Made by a program: the position numbers and the translations under genes | Assembly: GCA_040222015.1 (NCBI GenBank) | Contig: JAVJWO010000108.1 | Span: 1 to 64,000, forward strand | DNA length: 64,000 nucleotides | Direction of reading: 5' to 3' | Origin: Coleofasciculus chthonoplastes F2-STO-03 | GTDB taxonomy: Bacteria; Cyanobacteriota; Cyanobacteriia; Cyanobacteriales; Coleofasciculaceae | Part shown: positions 50,709 through 60,547 of the stretch, in pieces | Position numbering within the stretch: the stretch's first letter is position 1 | Layout of the letters: each line of letters begins with the position of its first letter | Notes under the pieces: generated by a model | Database searches by the model: none | The model's input: only the letters and a program-made list of their open reading frames with translations | Told to the model about the DNA's origin: nothing

Positions 50709-51326
50709 TCAACCAACGCATTTAACCTTTTTGAGACTTCCATCCTCCTTGAGAACCATAATCTCAACCTTAATCATTTGCCCTTCAGATAGCAATTTCG
50801 CCTTTTTTGGCTCTTTTTCGGTTAATTTAATCGTTTCCAGAATCGTATATGTTACCTTATTTCCCTTAACGCCTGTAACCGTGGCGTCCAATATTTGACC
50901 CACTTTAAAATCATGAGTGCTAACCACCTCAGCAATTTCAGCTTGACGCGCTGACTCGACAACAGGGGCGCTAATTTCGCCAACGGGTTCAGCGTTTTGG
51001 TAATAACGCATTAGCCGATAAGACCAGCCTAAAATATGTAGCATCACTGGGGGATTATCTTGATAGGCTTTTAGGTATTGATTACAAGCATTGTCAATAC
51101 TTTGGTAATAGTCAGACGTTCGCTTACTATGTCCAATTTGTCTGCCATTTCTGACCAAGGTTTTGAGATAATCAAACAACTTTTTTCCGTCTTGGTTGGC
51201 GTAATTGCGAAGATAGGCGATCGCTTTTCCTAGTTCATTGGCGTCTGTATCTGCTTTGACTAGAGTTTGTGCGATCGCGTGGGCAATTTTCCACTCATTT
51301 TCGGTTAATTCTTCTGTTATTACCAT
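50709..51326 (-). CDS. CRISPR III-D-associated protein: helical N-terminal domain plus S1/OB-like C-terminal domain
   Basis: Last gene of the cas operon; FKVGQILDATVTGVKG S1-like motif; start set to MVITEE. Confidence 0.65.
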   Translation of the reverse strand: MVITEELTENEWKIAHAIAQTLVKADTDANELGKAIAYLRNYANQDGKKLFDYLKTLVRNGRQIGHSKRTSDYYQSIDNACNQYLKAYQDNPPVMLHILGWSYRLMRYYQNAEPVGEISAPVVESARQAEIAEVVSTHDFKVGQILDATVTGVKGNKVTYTILETIKLTEKEPKKAKLLSEGQMIKVEIMVLKEDGSLKKVKCVG

Positions 51327-51390
51327 AGAGATTTTATCCTTGGTTCTTCCAGGTTGTAGAGACGTTGCATGCAACGTCTCTACAATTGTG

Positions 51391-52416
51391 CTAATACATT
51401 CCCTCCGGCGGTTCTCTCTCAGTAGGATATCCCAATACCTTGACTAATTCCTGCAATGGCTGGGATTGCACCAATTCTCGATGCGCCGCCTGAATCGCCT
51501 GTTGGATCAACTGTTGCAAGGGTTTTCCAGTAAGGGGTTGGGATTGAGTTTGATAGGATAAATAGCGATCGCGTAAATTATCGACAGGTTCTAAACTCCT
51601 TACCTCAACTGTCATTGTCCCCATCCCAATCGGTTTACCGCCACCCACTTTAAGTGCAATCGCATTCAGTTTATCTTGTCCGAGTACAATCAGTAGGGTT
51701 CCCAGTTCCCCTTTGGTTAAGTTTCGATAGGGTAATGATGTGGTAAATACAAAAGTTTTCGCCGCTTGTTGTACTGATATTCCCTGGTGTTGCCCTTTAT
51801 CTACAGCCCGAATTGTGTGATAATAAAACTTGCGCCCAGCGACCTTTCCCTGGTTAAAATAACCTGGGTATTCATCAGGACGAGGACGATAGAGAGATGG
51901 CATAAATCCGGGACGAAATTCAGTTGATTCACACTCAGCATCCCTAAACTGAATTAACCCTTGCCAATTCAGCGCCCCAAATACCCGACAAGCGGGACAA
52001 AGTTGGGTTTTATCACGACATTCCTGATAGCCTGGGGGGATTTGATTCGGTTTTGCTTTCGTTTTACACAAACAGCTACGGGTAATCGCTTCATAGGTGG
52101 AACGTACCACACCTTTAAGCGAACTACCGGGAATCATTAACTGTCCCTGGCTTCCCTGAATCATCGTTTTAATCAAGGGAATCGACTTTTGTCCCACATC
52201 CGTTCCCAGGGCGACAACTCCCGTAGAAACGTGTAATCCGGTTTGAACCGTTAATTTTAACTGTAACGTTCCATGGACGCAATCGCGATAATATTGATCG
52301 TGTCCTTTAGGATGTTGTAATTGCGGCTTTTCTTTCGGTAAAGGGATGAGATGATAGGGTTTTGGGGCAGTAATTTGGGATGGTTGAGGGCGGGGAAGGG
52401 GTTTATCATAACTCAT
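51391..52416 (-). CDS. Type III-D RAMP (Cas7 group, Csm5-like)
   Basis: IPGSSLKGVVRS, CPACRVFG, GRKFYYH, GGGKPIGMG. Confidence 0.88.
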   Translation of the reverse strand: MSYDKPLPRPQPSQITAPKPYHLIPLPKEKPQLQHPKGHDQYYRDCVHGTLQLKLTVQTGLHVSTGVVALGTDVGQKSIPLIKTMIQGSQGQLMIPGSSLKGVVRSTYEAITRSCLCKTKAKPNQIPPGYQECRDKTQLCPACRVFGALNWQGLIQFRDAECESTEFRPGFMPSLYRPRPDEYPGYFNQGKVAGRKFYYHTIRAVDKGQHQGISVQQAAKTFVFTTSLPYRNLTKGELGTLLIVLGQDKLNAIALKVGGGKPIGMGTMTVEVRSLEPVDNLRDRYLSYQTQSQPLTGKPLQQLIQQAIQAAHRELVQSQPLQELVKVLGYPTEREPPEGMY

Positions 52417-52922
52417 TTTGGCATATCCACAGTTAAGGCAACAAAATGCACCATTGCAGTAGGTTTAGCGATAAAATAACGCTGGGCTAGTTTCGGCTGA
52501 TTGGGGGAAGTATTTCTCACATCCAGACTTTGAGGATAAATTAGCGATCGCGGGAATCTGGTTTCATTGGTAAGATACCCATAAGCTGGGCGTTGTTCAG
52601 TTTTCCAATAGGATTTATTCTCAGATTTTCTGGGATATTCTGTATCATCAATAATCGATTTAAAGCCCAGAACCTCACCCGTATTCGATAACACAAGTAC
52701 GCTATAACCCTCATTTTGCCATTTCCAGCGCAATTCGCGATCGCAATTAAACATCTGTCCTTCAGGAGAGGGAAAATTATCCGGTAATTTGTCCACAATT
52801 CCACTCACTTGATGACTCCAACGCAGAAAATAATAACTCGGCGCTGTAGCTTGCTGTTGCACTAATTCTCTTAACTCTGTTTCAGTGAGTAACTCTTGAT
52901 AAACACCAACAAAAGGACTCAT
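52413..52922 (-). CDS. csx19: Csx19-like type III-D subunit
   Basis: Size and position between RAMP genes; EGQMFN..RELRW. Confidence 0.65.
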   Translation of the reverse strand: MSPFVGVYQELLTETELRELVQQQATAPSYYFLRWSHQVSGIVDKLPDNFPSPEGQMFNCDRELRWKWQNEGYSVLVLSNTGEVLGFKSIIDDTEYPRKSENKSYWKTEQRPAYGYLTNETRFPRSLIYPQSLDVRNTSPNQPKLAQRYFIAKPTAMVHFVALTVDMPK

Positions 52923-53044
52923 GCTGCACCTGCTTCTACTGTGACTTTTTCCCGGAAGTCTAAAAACCTGAATCGGGGCGGGTTTAATTCCTTATGGTTA
53001 ACCCAAAAGATAGTAGTGAAACCCGCCCCTACACAATCCTCACG

Positions 53045-54004
53045 TTACGCCACATACCCTGAAAAATCTGCTTCTACTCTCTGACGCCAAGCCCGAACCG
53101 CCCGCATCAATAAATCCTGAACTTGTTCCTTTCCTTGCCAATTTAACTGTACTCCAAACCCCAGCGCCATTGATTCCGCCCGCACAGGAGTATCTTGCAT
53201 ATCATTAGCTGGAAAACCATAGCGTTCTCGTTCCTCCGCCTCCAGAAACATACCAGCACCCAAAAGTTGATTAGCTTGCCATTCTCCCCCACCTCCTAAA
53301 CTACAAATCTGTTGATTTTCAATAACACAACCCGGATATTGGACAACCGCCTGGTTTAATTTTACGTCCACAATTCCCAAGCCGCGAGACTTCGCAAACC
53401 CCAAGCCAAACCATCCCTCATCCAAATCGCGCAACACTAAACCAATTAATCCCAATTGGGCTAACGAGAAGTTTTTAAGATGGAGTTTAGTACGAAACTC
53501 CCCAGCCGTACAAACTTGATAATTAAATGGTCCCACCGCCACCGAACCAAACACGCGGTCAATCGCCACACCATTCCGTTCTTCCAATTTCACAGGTTGA
53601 GATTCAACCGGATAAGCATCCTCAATTCTAATCCGACTAGCAATTGACTTATTGCCAAACATTTGATCAGTGAAGGAAGATAAACGGTAAATATCTGCTG
53701 AGTCATCTTTCAGATAGTCATAGTTATCAGTTAACGGATCATTTGCCCAAAGCACATCCGGATTATCAGAATTACGATTATCGCGTCCCACCGTTCTCAC
53801 AATTCGTTCAGCATGAGCGCGGATTGCCCCTTTTAAAGAACTTCCCGGTAAATAAACCGAACGCCCTCCCCCATGATACGTTTCCACAAATTCCATATCC
53901 GGCTTCGTCGGATCAGCGCCTTCTCGCCCTGACTTAATCAGAATCGGACCACAAGGAACTAAACTAAAATCAATCGTACATTGATTAACCAATCGTTTGT
54001 GCAT
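53045..54004 (-). CDS. Type III-D RAMP (Cas7/Csm3 group)
   Basis: YLPGSSLKGAIR, RNGVAIDR, GFAKSRGLG. Confidence 0.9.
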   Translation of the reverse strand: MHKRLVNQCTIDFSLVPCGPILIKSGREGADPTKPDMEFVETYHGGGRSVYLPGSSLKGAIRAHAERIVRTVGRDNRNSDNPDVLWANDPLTDNYDYLKDDSADIYRLSSFTDQMFGNKSIASRIRIEDAYPVESQPVKLEERNGVAIDRVFGSVAVGPFNYQVCTAGEFRTKLHLKNFSLAQLGLIGLVLRDLDEGWFGLGFAKSRGLGIVDVKLNQAVVQYPGCVIENQQICSLGGGGEWQANQLLGAGMFLEAEERERYGFPANDMQDTPVRAESMALGFGVQLNWQGKEQVQDLLMRAVRAWRQRVEADFSGYVA

Positions 54005-54034
54005 AATCTAAATTTGTCTGAGACTACCTGTCGT

Positions 54035-54655
54035 TTAAGCCGCAACTAAGGTATCTAGTTGGGCTTCACAATGTTGAAAAATCGAGTTAACAACTGCAAA
54101 GAGTTGATCAAGATTTTCAATAATGTATGGAGTCGTATGTTTGGTAAATACATTGCCTTCTAGTTTACCAAACTGCCAGACTTGCCCATTAGAAACAATT
54201 CCAAATACAGTAATCTGAGGATATTGATTCAGGCGTTGAGCCGCCACCATTTCGGCGGCACACTGACCCCACCCTTCCTTAAACTTATCTTGTTTTGCCT
54301 CAACCAGTAAGAAATAGGGTTGGTCAAAAACCACCTTTCCCAGGGGAGAGCGTTTCGCTAAAATATACTCTGGAAAACCCGAAAGGGTCTCATCGTAATT
54401 TAGGGATTCGTGACTCCATAAAATAAACTTGCTTGAATAACATTTCCAGACTTGTTTCAGTACCGGATAAATGAGATTCTCACAAATAGCAAACTCTGAA
54501 TTATTCACCACCCCTTCCCGCATCACCATCTGGAGATCTTCGCGGAAATAGTCCGGAATATCAAAGGGAGATTCAACAATAAAATTCCCTTCTGTATAAC
54601 TAATCTGAAACTCCTGGATAACATCCGCAATACTTGTGTACTTGCTAAATGACAT
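54035..54655 (-). CDS. Cyanobacterial PD-(D/E)XK-like hypothetical protein inserted in the cas operon
   Basis: LVEAK..GWGQCAAEMVAA and GIVSNGQVWQF; start set to MSFSKY. Confidence 0.7.
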   Translation of the reverse strand: MSFSKYTSIADVIQEFQISYTEGNFIVESPFDIPDYFREDLQMVMREGVVNNSEFAICENLIYPVLKQVWKCYSSKFILWSHESLNYDETLSGFPEYILAKRSPLGKVVFDQPYFLLVEAKQDKFKEGWGQCAAEMVAAQRLNQYPQITVFGIVSNGQVWQFGKLEGNVFTKHTTPYIIENLDQLFAVVNSIFQHCEAQLDTLVAA

Positions 54656-54720
54656 AATCACCTCACAACATTTCGTTCGTAGTTGCCCGTAGGGTGCGTT
54701 AGCGGAGCGTAACGCACCGT

Positions 54721-55154
54721 TGAACAAGGGCAGGTTTTGTTGTTCAATTATCGGTAACCCGCCAGATTGAATCTCTAAACCCACCCCTACGATAGGGTAT
54801 CGCATTTCCTGTGAATAAGGGCGGGTTTTGTTGTTCAATTATCGATAACCAGCCAAAATCAATCCCTAAACCCGCCCCTACGATAGGGTATCTGCTTTCC
54901 TGCGAATAAGGGCGGGTTTTGTTGCTCAGGTGTTGGTGAAAAGCGAGATTAAGTCCCTAAACCCGCCCCTACGATAGGGTATCTGCTTTCCTGTGAACAA
55001 GGGCGGGTTTTGTTGTTCATTTATCGGTAACCCGCCAGATTGAATCTCTAAACCCACCCCTACGATAGGGTATCGCATTTCCTGTGAACAAGGGCGGGTT
55101 TTGTTGTTCATTTATTGGTAACCCGCCAAGTTAAATCCCTAAACCCGCCCCTAC
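54721..55154. repeat. Five tandem REP-like palindromic units with a 91-bp period
   Basis: Units start at 54721, 54812, 54903, 54994 and 55085, each GGGCGGGTTT...AAACCCGCCCCTAC. Confidence 0.9.
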
Positions 55155-55171
55155 AATAAATTGATACATCA

Positions 55172-56047
55172 TCACCTCGTATTCACCTCAGCATTCTGAT
55201 TTTTCCGATTTTCCAGATAGCCAATCAAAGATTGTACCCACTGGTCTTTATACCCTTTACCATCCTCATAAGCTGAACCCTCATTATTAACCATTTTCTT
55301 AAGATAATTCAGCAACTTATCTGCATCAATATTATCCGGTTTATTTTTATCTCTGGCGTCAAACCAATCCATCCGCTCAACCTCCAATTTAACCACACCC
55401 AAACCCCGCGAACGCCCTCCCCCCAGTGGAATTTGTTCCGTCTCAAACTGATGTAACCCAATCATTAATAATCCCAACTCCCAATCCTCAGCATTTTCCA
55501 CCACCGCCTTAAACGCAAAAGGAGTTCCCGCTGGAACCACTTGGAAATCATACAATTTCCCATCAGCCGCCGTTTCCGTATCTCTATCAATCGCCACCCC
55601 ATCCCGTTCTTGATATTGACCAAACCAATACTCTGAGATAACCATCAAATCTCGAACTTGAAACTTACTCGCCAGCCAAGGTGAACCAAATAGATGAGAA
55701 ATTAAATCAGTCTGATTTAAAATAGCCTCAGTTAGCGCCGTATCCGTAGGATATCGCTCTTTCAATTGCTTCATTTCCTGAGCCGTAATCGCCCACTCCT
55801 CCTCTACCGCCGGATTAGCCACCAAAGTCCGCTCCCCGCCCAGGATACCACGGAGGAAGCTTTCTAAGCGCGATCGCAACGCCCCCTTAAAACTAGCGCC
55901 CGGTATCAACGGTTTACCCAACGCATCTTTAATCACCGGTAAATCCGAACCAATTGGTTCCGTGGAACGCCCTGCGCTAATTCTTAGTGCCGTTACCGTC
56001 ATCAACTTCCCGCTAATTTCCAAACGATTCTTAAAACAATCAAACAT
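55172..56047 (-). CDS. csx7: Type III-D RAMP (Cas7 group, Csx7/Csm3-like)
   Basis: IPGASFKGALRS, RDGVAIDRDT, GGGRSRGLG. Confidence 0.85.
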   Translation of the reverse strand: MFDCFKNRLEISGKLMTVTALRISAGRSTEPIGSDLPVIKDALGKPLIPGASFKGALRSRLESFLRGILGGERTLVANPAVEEEWAITAQEMKQLKERYPTDTALTEAILNQTDLISHLFGSPWLASKFQVRDLMVISEYWFGQYQERDGVAIDRDTETAADGKLYDFQVVPAGTPFAFKAVVENAEDWELGLLMIGLHQFETEQIPLGGGRSRGLGVVKLEVERMDWFDARDKNKPDNIDADKLLNYLKKMVNNEGSAYEDGKGYKDQWVQSLIGYLENRKNQNAEVNTR

Positions 56048-56253
56048 AAGATTATCTCCAAGTTCGTATTTACGCTGTCTTCGCCCTAAACCTTCGCCTC
56101 CCCACCACCAACCCTAACTTTAACTTTTCACAGGAAATCTAAAAACCTGCGTCGGGGCGGGTTTAGTCACATCCGGATGCAACCGAAAAGATAGTAGTGA
56201 AACCCGCCCCTACACAATCGTTGCGCCACATACCATAAAAACTAAAACCCTAA

Positions 56254-56823
56254 CTAACTCAGACTCAACCAACTAAACACATCTTGAACCGATAACCGCA
56301 ACTCTCCCAAAGAACTAAGCACAGACAAACTATCTTGATTTTGCTTAATTTCCGGCTGTTTTCCTGGTTTAAAAATAATTATTGAACGCTCCTGCGGATC
56401 AATAAACCAACCCAGTGCTGTGCCATGATTCAGACAAAACAGAATATTATCAATCACACGGGTTGAACTTTGTTCCGGTGACAAGATTTCAATCGTCCAG
56501 TCTGGGGCAATTTCAAAAGTATTCTCAATTTCCCCATTCCCATCAACTGGAATACGTTCCCAGGAAAAGACAGTTATATCTGGCACCAAAGAACGCCCAC
56601 CAAAGGTACAGCGCAACTCAGTAAACGCACGCGCTATTTTCTTAGGGATAGCGACTTGATTGATAGCCGGAGCTAAAAACGTTTGGATAGCGCTGTGTTT
56701 TCCTTTAGGCATTGGTTTTTGGTAGATTTGACCATCGATATATTCACTTGCGGGTTCTGTTTCTGGCAATTGCAGGAAATCAGCTAGAGAAATTTGGGTA
56801 GAAGACGGAAGCGGTATAATCAT
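56254..56823 (-). CDS. Uma2 family protein inserted in the cas operon
   Basis: PASEYIDG, VPDI, APDWTIEILSP. Confidence 0.88.
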   Translation of the reverse strand: MIIPLPSSTQISLADFLQLPETEPASEYIDGQIYQKPMPKGKHSAIQTFLAPAINQVAIPKKIARAFTELRCTFGGRSLVPDITVFSWERIPVDGNGEIENTFEIAPDWTIEILSPEQSSTRVIDNILFCLNHGTALGWFIDPQERSIIIFKPGKQPEIKQNQDSLSVLSSLGELRLSVQDVFSWLSLS

Positions 56824-56831
56824 AGTAAACT

Positions 56832-58019
56832 TTAATTTTTTATTTCTTTGCCTTCGACATACTTATGCGTTCCGTAATGTCTGAGTATTAACGTTCCGTT
56901 AGATGATTTACAGCTAACACGAAACTGTCTTCCTACATAAAAATGATCAACGCCCTCTTTGTCTTTTGTTCCTTTATAGGCATAATAACTCACTGGTTTA
57001 GCCAAGGCTCTCGTATCACCATTGGATTCTTCAAGTAAGAATGAAGCTTTAGCTATTGTTTCTTGTAGTTTAACTTTATCTTTTGGATTTTTAATTTTTT
57101 TATAGTCTTCCATAAATGAACCATCGTAATGAATTCTAAGAAAGCCATCTAGTAGCTTTTGTGACAATAAATTATCTTTGCACTGATTCCAAACAAGTTG
57201 TCCCCAGTTAGAAAGAGTCATCTTTCCATCAATCTCTGCTACCATCGCTTCTGGAACTTCTTTCGTTTCTGATGGAGACAAACCAGCTCCAGCGTCCAGC
57301 AATGCTAGAGTAACTACATGGTCTTCAAGTCGAGAATAATCTACAGTAATGGGCAAGCGAGGTATAGTAATTAAGTTTGAGTTTTCCCCTTCAAACACAT
57401 AAATGATTTTATCCGCATAAAACATACCGATTGTATTCATACAACCTTGTAAGGCTTTAAATCCACCGACTAAATTAAAATAGATGTCATAGTTTTGTTG
57501 TCGATAATTTTCCACCCGTCCTTCAAGCCATTCAATCAAATCGTCAATTCCTTGATTAAAATTATGGGTACTTTCTGTTGAAAGTTTGTCAGGTGTGTAT
57601 ACTTCAACAGAATTAACTTTGCCATGCAAGAAATCTTTAAGAATTTTTGCCGCCTCTTGCCCCTGCGCTGTATCTGTGGTTACTAAAATGTGAGCATCTA
57701 GCTTGCCCTTTTCTAATTGCTCATCATATAATCCATAAATACCATTCAGTTCAGCACTAGCTTCTCGAATTTCCAATGTATTACCAGTATCTAATTCCTG
57801 TTCAGCCCTATTTTTTAATTTCGCAATTTTATCTGCGAGTTTCGAGTCGGATTTATTAACCTGATCATATTGTTTAACCCGATCATGAGTTAGATTCGCA
57901 TACTTTTGCAATTCTTCCTTCCAGCCTGAGTCACATTCATCATCGATTTGATTGGTTAGCAAACTTGTTCCAACCGTTGAAATTACTAAACGAGGCATAG
58001 TTTTCATAGAGTCATTCAT
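56832..58019 (-). CDS. cami1: CARF (APE2256-type) plus RelE-like effector, Cami1-like
   Basis: ISTVGTSLL, SAELN, NLVGGFK and IYVFE CARF motifs; C-terminal RVSC...LRHYGTH RelE-like tail. Confidence 0.75.
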   Translation of the reverse strand: MNDSMKTMPRLVISTVGTSLLTNQIDDECDSGWKEELQKYANLTHDRVKQYDQVNKSDSKLADKIAKLKNRAEQELDTGNTLEIREASAELNGIYGLYDEQLEKGKLDAHILVTTDTAQGQEAAKILKDFLHGKVNSVEVYTPDKLSTESTHNFNQGIDDLIEWLEGRVENYRQQNYDIYFNLVGGFKALQGCMNTIGMFYADKIIYVFEGENSNLITIPRLPITVDYSRLEDHVVTLALLDAGAGLSPSETKEVPEAMVAEIDGKMTLSNWGQLVWNQCKDNLLSQKLLDGFLRIHYDGSFMEDYKKIKNPKDKVKLQETIAKASFLLEESNGDTRALAKPVSYYAYKGTKDKEGVDHFYVGRQFRVSCKSSNGTLILRHYGTHKYVEGKEIKN

Positions 58020-58030
58020 TGTTTTAGTCT

Positions 58031-58549
58031 TTAGTAGTTATTTTTACTAGCTTTACTCTCTCCTACCAGAGCTGTATGTTCTCTTGCCAAATATCCTAGA
58101 TACAGGCGAGTTAGTTTTAGATGAATATTTTTGATAAATTGGGCTTTATTTTTAGTATCCGTCAGATACTGTTCTAATGGATTTTCTTTGGGGATTGGTC
58201 GTCTCACTCTATCCAGTATTTCTTGTGCATCCTGCTTTAAACTGTCAATCTGTTCAACAACTTCAGTCGCAAAGAGCTTTTTATCTTTAGAGACTTTCCA
58301 AATTCGACTCGCTCCACTACGACCCACTTGATAACGAATATAGTTTTTTATAGCTTCTATTGAAGCATTAGCTTCAGTAGCAGCAGCAAGAACATTTTTG
58401 AAAGGAGATTTTGAATCTTCACTGGCAATTGAAAATTTTTTGGATATGGCTTTAACTTTGAGGATAACATCATCCATTTGTCTACTAATTTCCACCTCAG
58501 TTCTTAACGTCAGTTGTTCTTGGAGCAATGGATCAAGTAATTTCTCCAT
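58031..58549 (-). CDS. Type III small subunit (Cas11/Csm2-like)
   Basis: Helical protein after csx10; NYIRYQVGR and LYLGYLAR. Confidence 0.75.
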   Translation of the reverse strand: MEKLLDPLLQEQLTLRTEVEISRQMDDVILKVKAISKKFSIASEDSKSPFKNVLAAATEANASIEAIKNYIRYQVGRSGASRIWKVSKDKKLFATEVVEQIDSLKQDAQEILDRVRRPIPKENPLEQYLTDTKNKAQFIKNIHLKLTRLYLGYLAREHTALVGESKASKNNY

Positions 58550-58551
58550 GT

Positions 58552-59820
58552 CTAAACTGCCTCCTCACGCAAAACTAAATGAAATTCATTGCAAATTTGC
58601 ACTTGACCAAAGCCCTCGCAAGTGCGCTCGCCTACTCCCTTCACCTCCAAATAGTTTAACCTCTCCATCCAGAGATTGGGTTGAATCGTACTGAAAAGAT
58701 AAACAGCTCCCTTATTAGTAATCAACTCTACATCTTTCATCAATCCCCATGCAGAATTCCAACCAGATAGGTAGTCATAGCTGCTGTAGGCAGCGTGTAG
58801 TTGTAGGGATGAATCAGTAACACCTGTAAAATACTGTAGCATTTCTGGTGAAATTACCGTGGTACGTCGCCAGTTTTCATTCAGAATCGTATCTGACTGT
58901 AAATCAATAGTAAAATACGTGCGATTTTGCAGTAAATCTTGTTGTGGCTGACCAAAAATTTGCCAATCCTGCCAACGCTTATGTAGTTTGTCCTGAAACA
59001 TCTTGATTCGCTCCTCGACAGATGGCTTAACGGCTGTGGTATCTACAGGTGACTTAGCCGTGATTTTTACTTTTCCTAATCCCCGTGAAGTTGAACCACC
59101 CAAGCGGAAATCTTGCTGATAATTAGTGATAAAGCGTTGTAAAGATTCGGCTAGTTCATCGGCAACTAGGATCGCTCCTGTATAAATCACAGGCTTTTCT
59201 CTCTTACCTGCAATTTTAGACTCGTTTAAAACTTCAATACTATAGAGTACTCCTTCTTCTGTAGTGGCTCGGCGTCGATTGATGCCAGCTCGTGTTAGTA
59301 GGCGAGTATTGGCAGAATGGCTGTGGTACTTGTTACCAATTTTACTGTAAAATTCAGTAAAAGTATCCACTCTATCACCATCTTGAGGACAAGTCGGGTC
59401 ATATAAATGACCATAGCCATCAGCACAAAAGCGATCGATTAAGGTGTCAAAAACACCATTATGATCAGAATCGTTAGGTTTTGATTTAAAACCGGGCTGA
59501 GTTTTGGAACTTAGAGCCGTAGCAGGTACAACCCAAACATCTGACTGAACTCTAGTTTGTTTTTGTCCCTCAATGGTTGCTGGATACGCATTGTGGAAAA
59601 TTGCTGGATTGTCGCCTATAAATAAAGCTTGAAAGTCACCTCCATTGTCTGCCAAATTAGCTGACTGATGTCCTGACTGTCGTAGAATCTGAGCAGCCAT
59701 CGCCCCCCGAATTACTGAACCGGGAATATAGTCTCCGGCTTCACTCACTGAACCCCCTGGTTTTTTCCGCCCAATGGCTAAAGGAGATAACGCTTTAATT
59801 TCCAGTTGAATGCGCTTCAT
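58552..59820 (-). CDS. csx10: Type III-D RAMP Csx10 (Cas5 group)
   Basis: YIPGSVIRGA, GGSTSRGLG and GERTCEGFG (two G-loops). Confidence 0.88.
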   Translation of the reverse strand: MKRIQLEIKALSPLAIGRKKPGGSVSEAGDYIPGSVIRGAMAAQILRQSGHQSANLADNGGDFQALFIGDNPAIFHNAYPATIEGQKQTRVQSDVWVVPATALSSKTQPGFKSKPNDSDHNGVFDTLIDRFCADGYGHLYDPTCPQDGDRVDTFTEFYSKIGNKYHSHSANTRLLTRAGINRRRATTEEGVLYSIEVLNESKIAGKREKPVIYTGAILVADELAESLQRFITNYQQDFRLGGSTSRGLGKVKITAKSPVDTTAVKPSVEERIKMFQDKLHKRWQDWQIFGQPQQDLLQNRTYFTIDLQSDTILNENWRRTTVISPEMLQYFTGVTDSSLQLHAAYSSYDYLSGWNSAWGLMKDVELITNKGAVYLFSTIQPNLWMERLNYLEVKGVGERTCEGFGQVQICNEFHLVLREEAV

Positions 59821-60547
59821 TTGCTCCTCCTTTGGCTAAATAATTCCACACTGACTCATCCACCTGAATTGAGGGAAGTTCCCACTTCAACCATCCTAAT
59901 CCTACTGATTTAGAACCCCCCAAAGCATTAATATGGTGTAACCCAGCTAAAATTAAGGCTTTGGTAGAAGCCGGACAATTAGGCTGAAGGTGAATGTCGC
60001 CAGTAAACTTAAGCTGAATATTAGCGGGTGAAGTTTCTAGGAAATAGAGTTTTTTCTCTTCAGCCGTATGACGACGACGATTAATCGTCACACCTGGGCG
60101 GAGAACTTCTGAGGGAAGATTATCGGGTTCTTCTTGGCAAATTAAGTCATCAAAAATGACTCGTGACGGTAAGGCGGGATTGCCAAAAATCTGACAAATT
60201 AAACAATGATATCGGTTATCTCCTGCTACTCGATAATCCTCGTCTCGTTGAAAACGCCTCGCCTCATTGTCGGGAAAATCTGCACGCTGGGGACACATAG
60301 TTTGAGGATTAGGGGCTTGACAAATTGCCCACCCTAACCCCCGTGCTAATTTCTCACATTCATGACGCAAACGCCCTTTAAGTTGAGACGCTGGAATTAG
60401 GAGTTTGTTGTCCGCAGTACGCACAATTGGCTTATCGGCGAGAGAACCGGAAGAACCTCCTGCACCCACGCATAAAGCAGTATCAATAACAGCCGTTAGG
60501 GAGATTGTTTCGACTGGATTTGATAATAAGTCTTGCAGATAAATCAT
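59795..60547 (-). CDS. Type III-D RAMP (Cas7/Csm3 group)
   Basis: IPASQLKGRLRH, CLICQIFG, GGSKSVGLG. Confidence 0.9.
   Translation of the reverse strand: MIYLQDLLSNPVETISLTAVIDTALCVGAGGSSGSLADKPIVRTADNKLLIPASQLKGRLRHECEKLARGLGWAICQAPNPQTMCPQRADFPDNEARRFQRDEDYRVAGDNRYHCLICQIFGNPALPSRVIFDDLICQEEPDNLPSEVLRPGVTINRRRHTAEEKKLYFLETSPANIQLKFTGDIHLQPNCPASTKALILAGLHHINALGGSKSVGLGWLKWELPSIQVDESVWNYLAKGGANEAHSTGN

Noticed and set aside
54721..55154. 91-bp tandem considered as a CRISPR array
   Set aside because: Units are palindromic REP elements found throughout the window, the loops are related to each other, and there is no GAAAC end.
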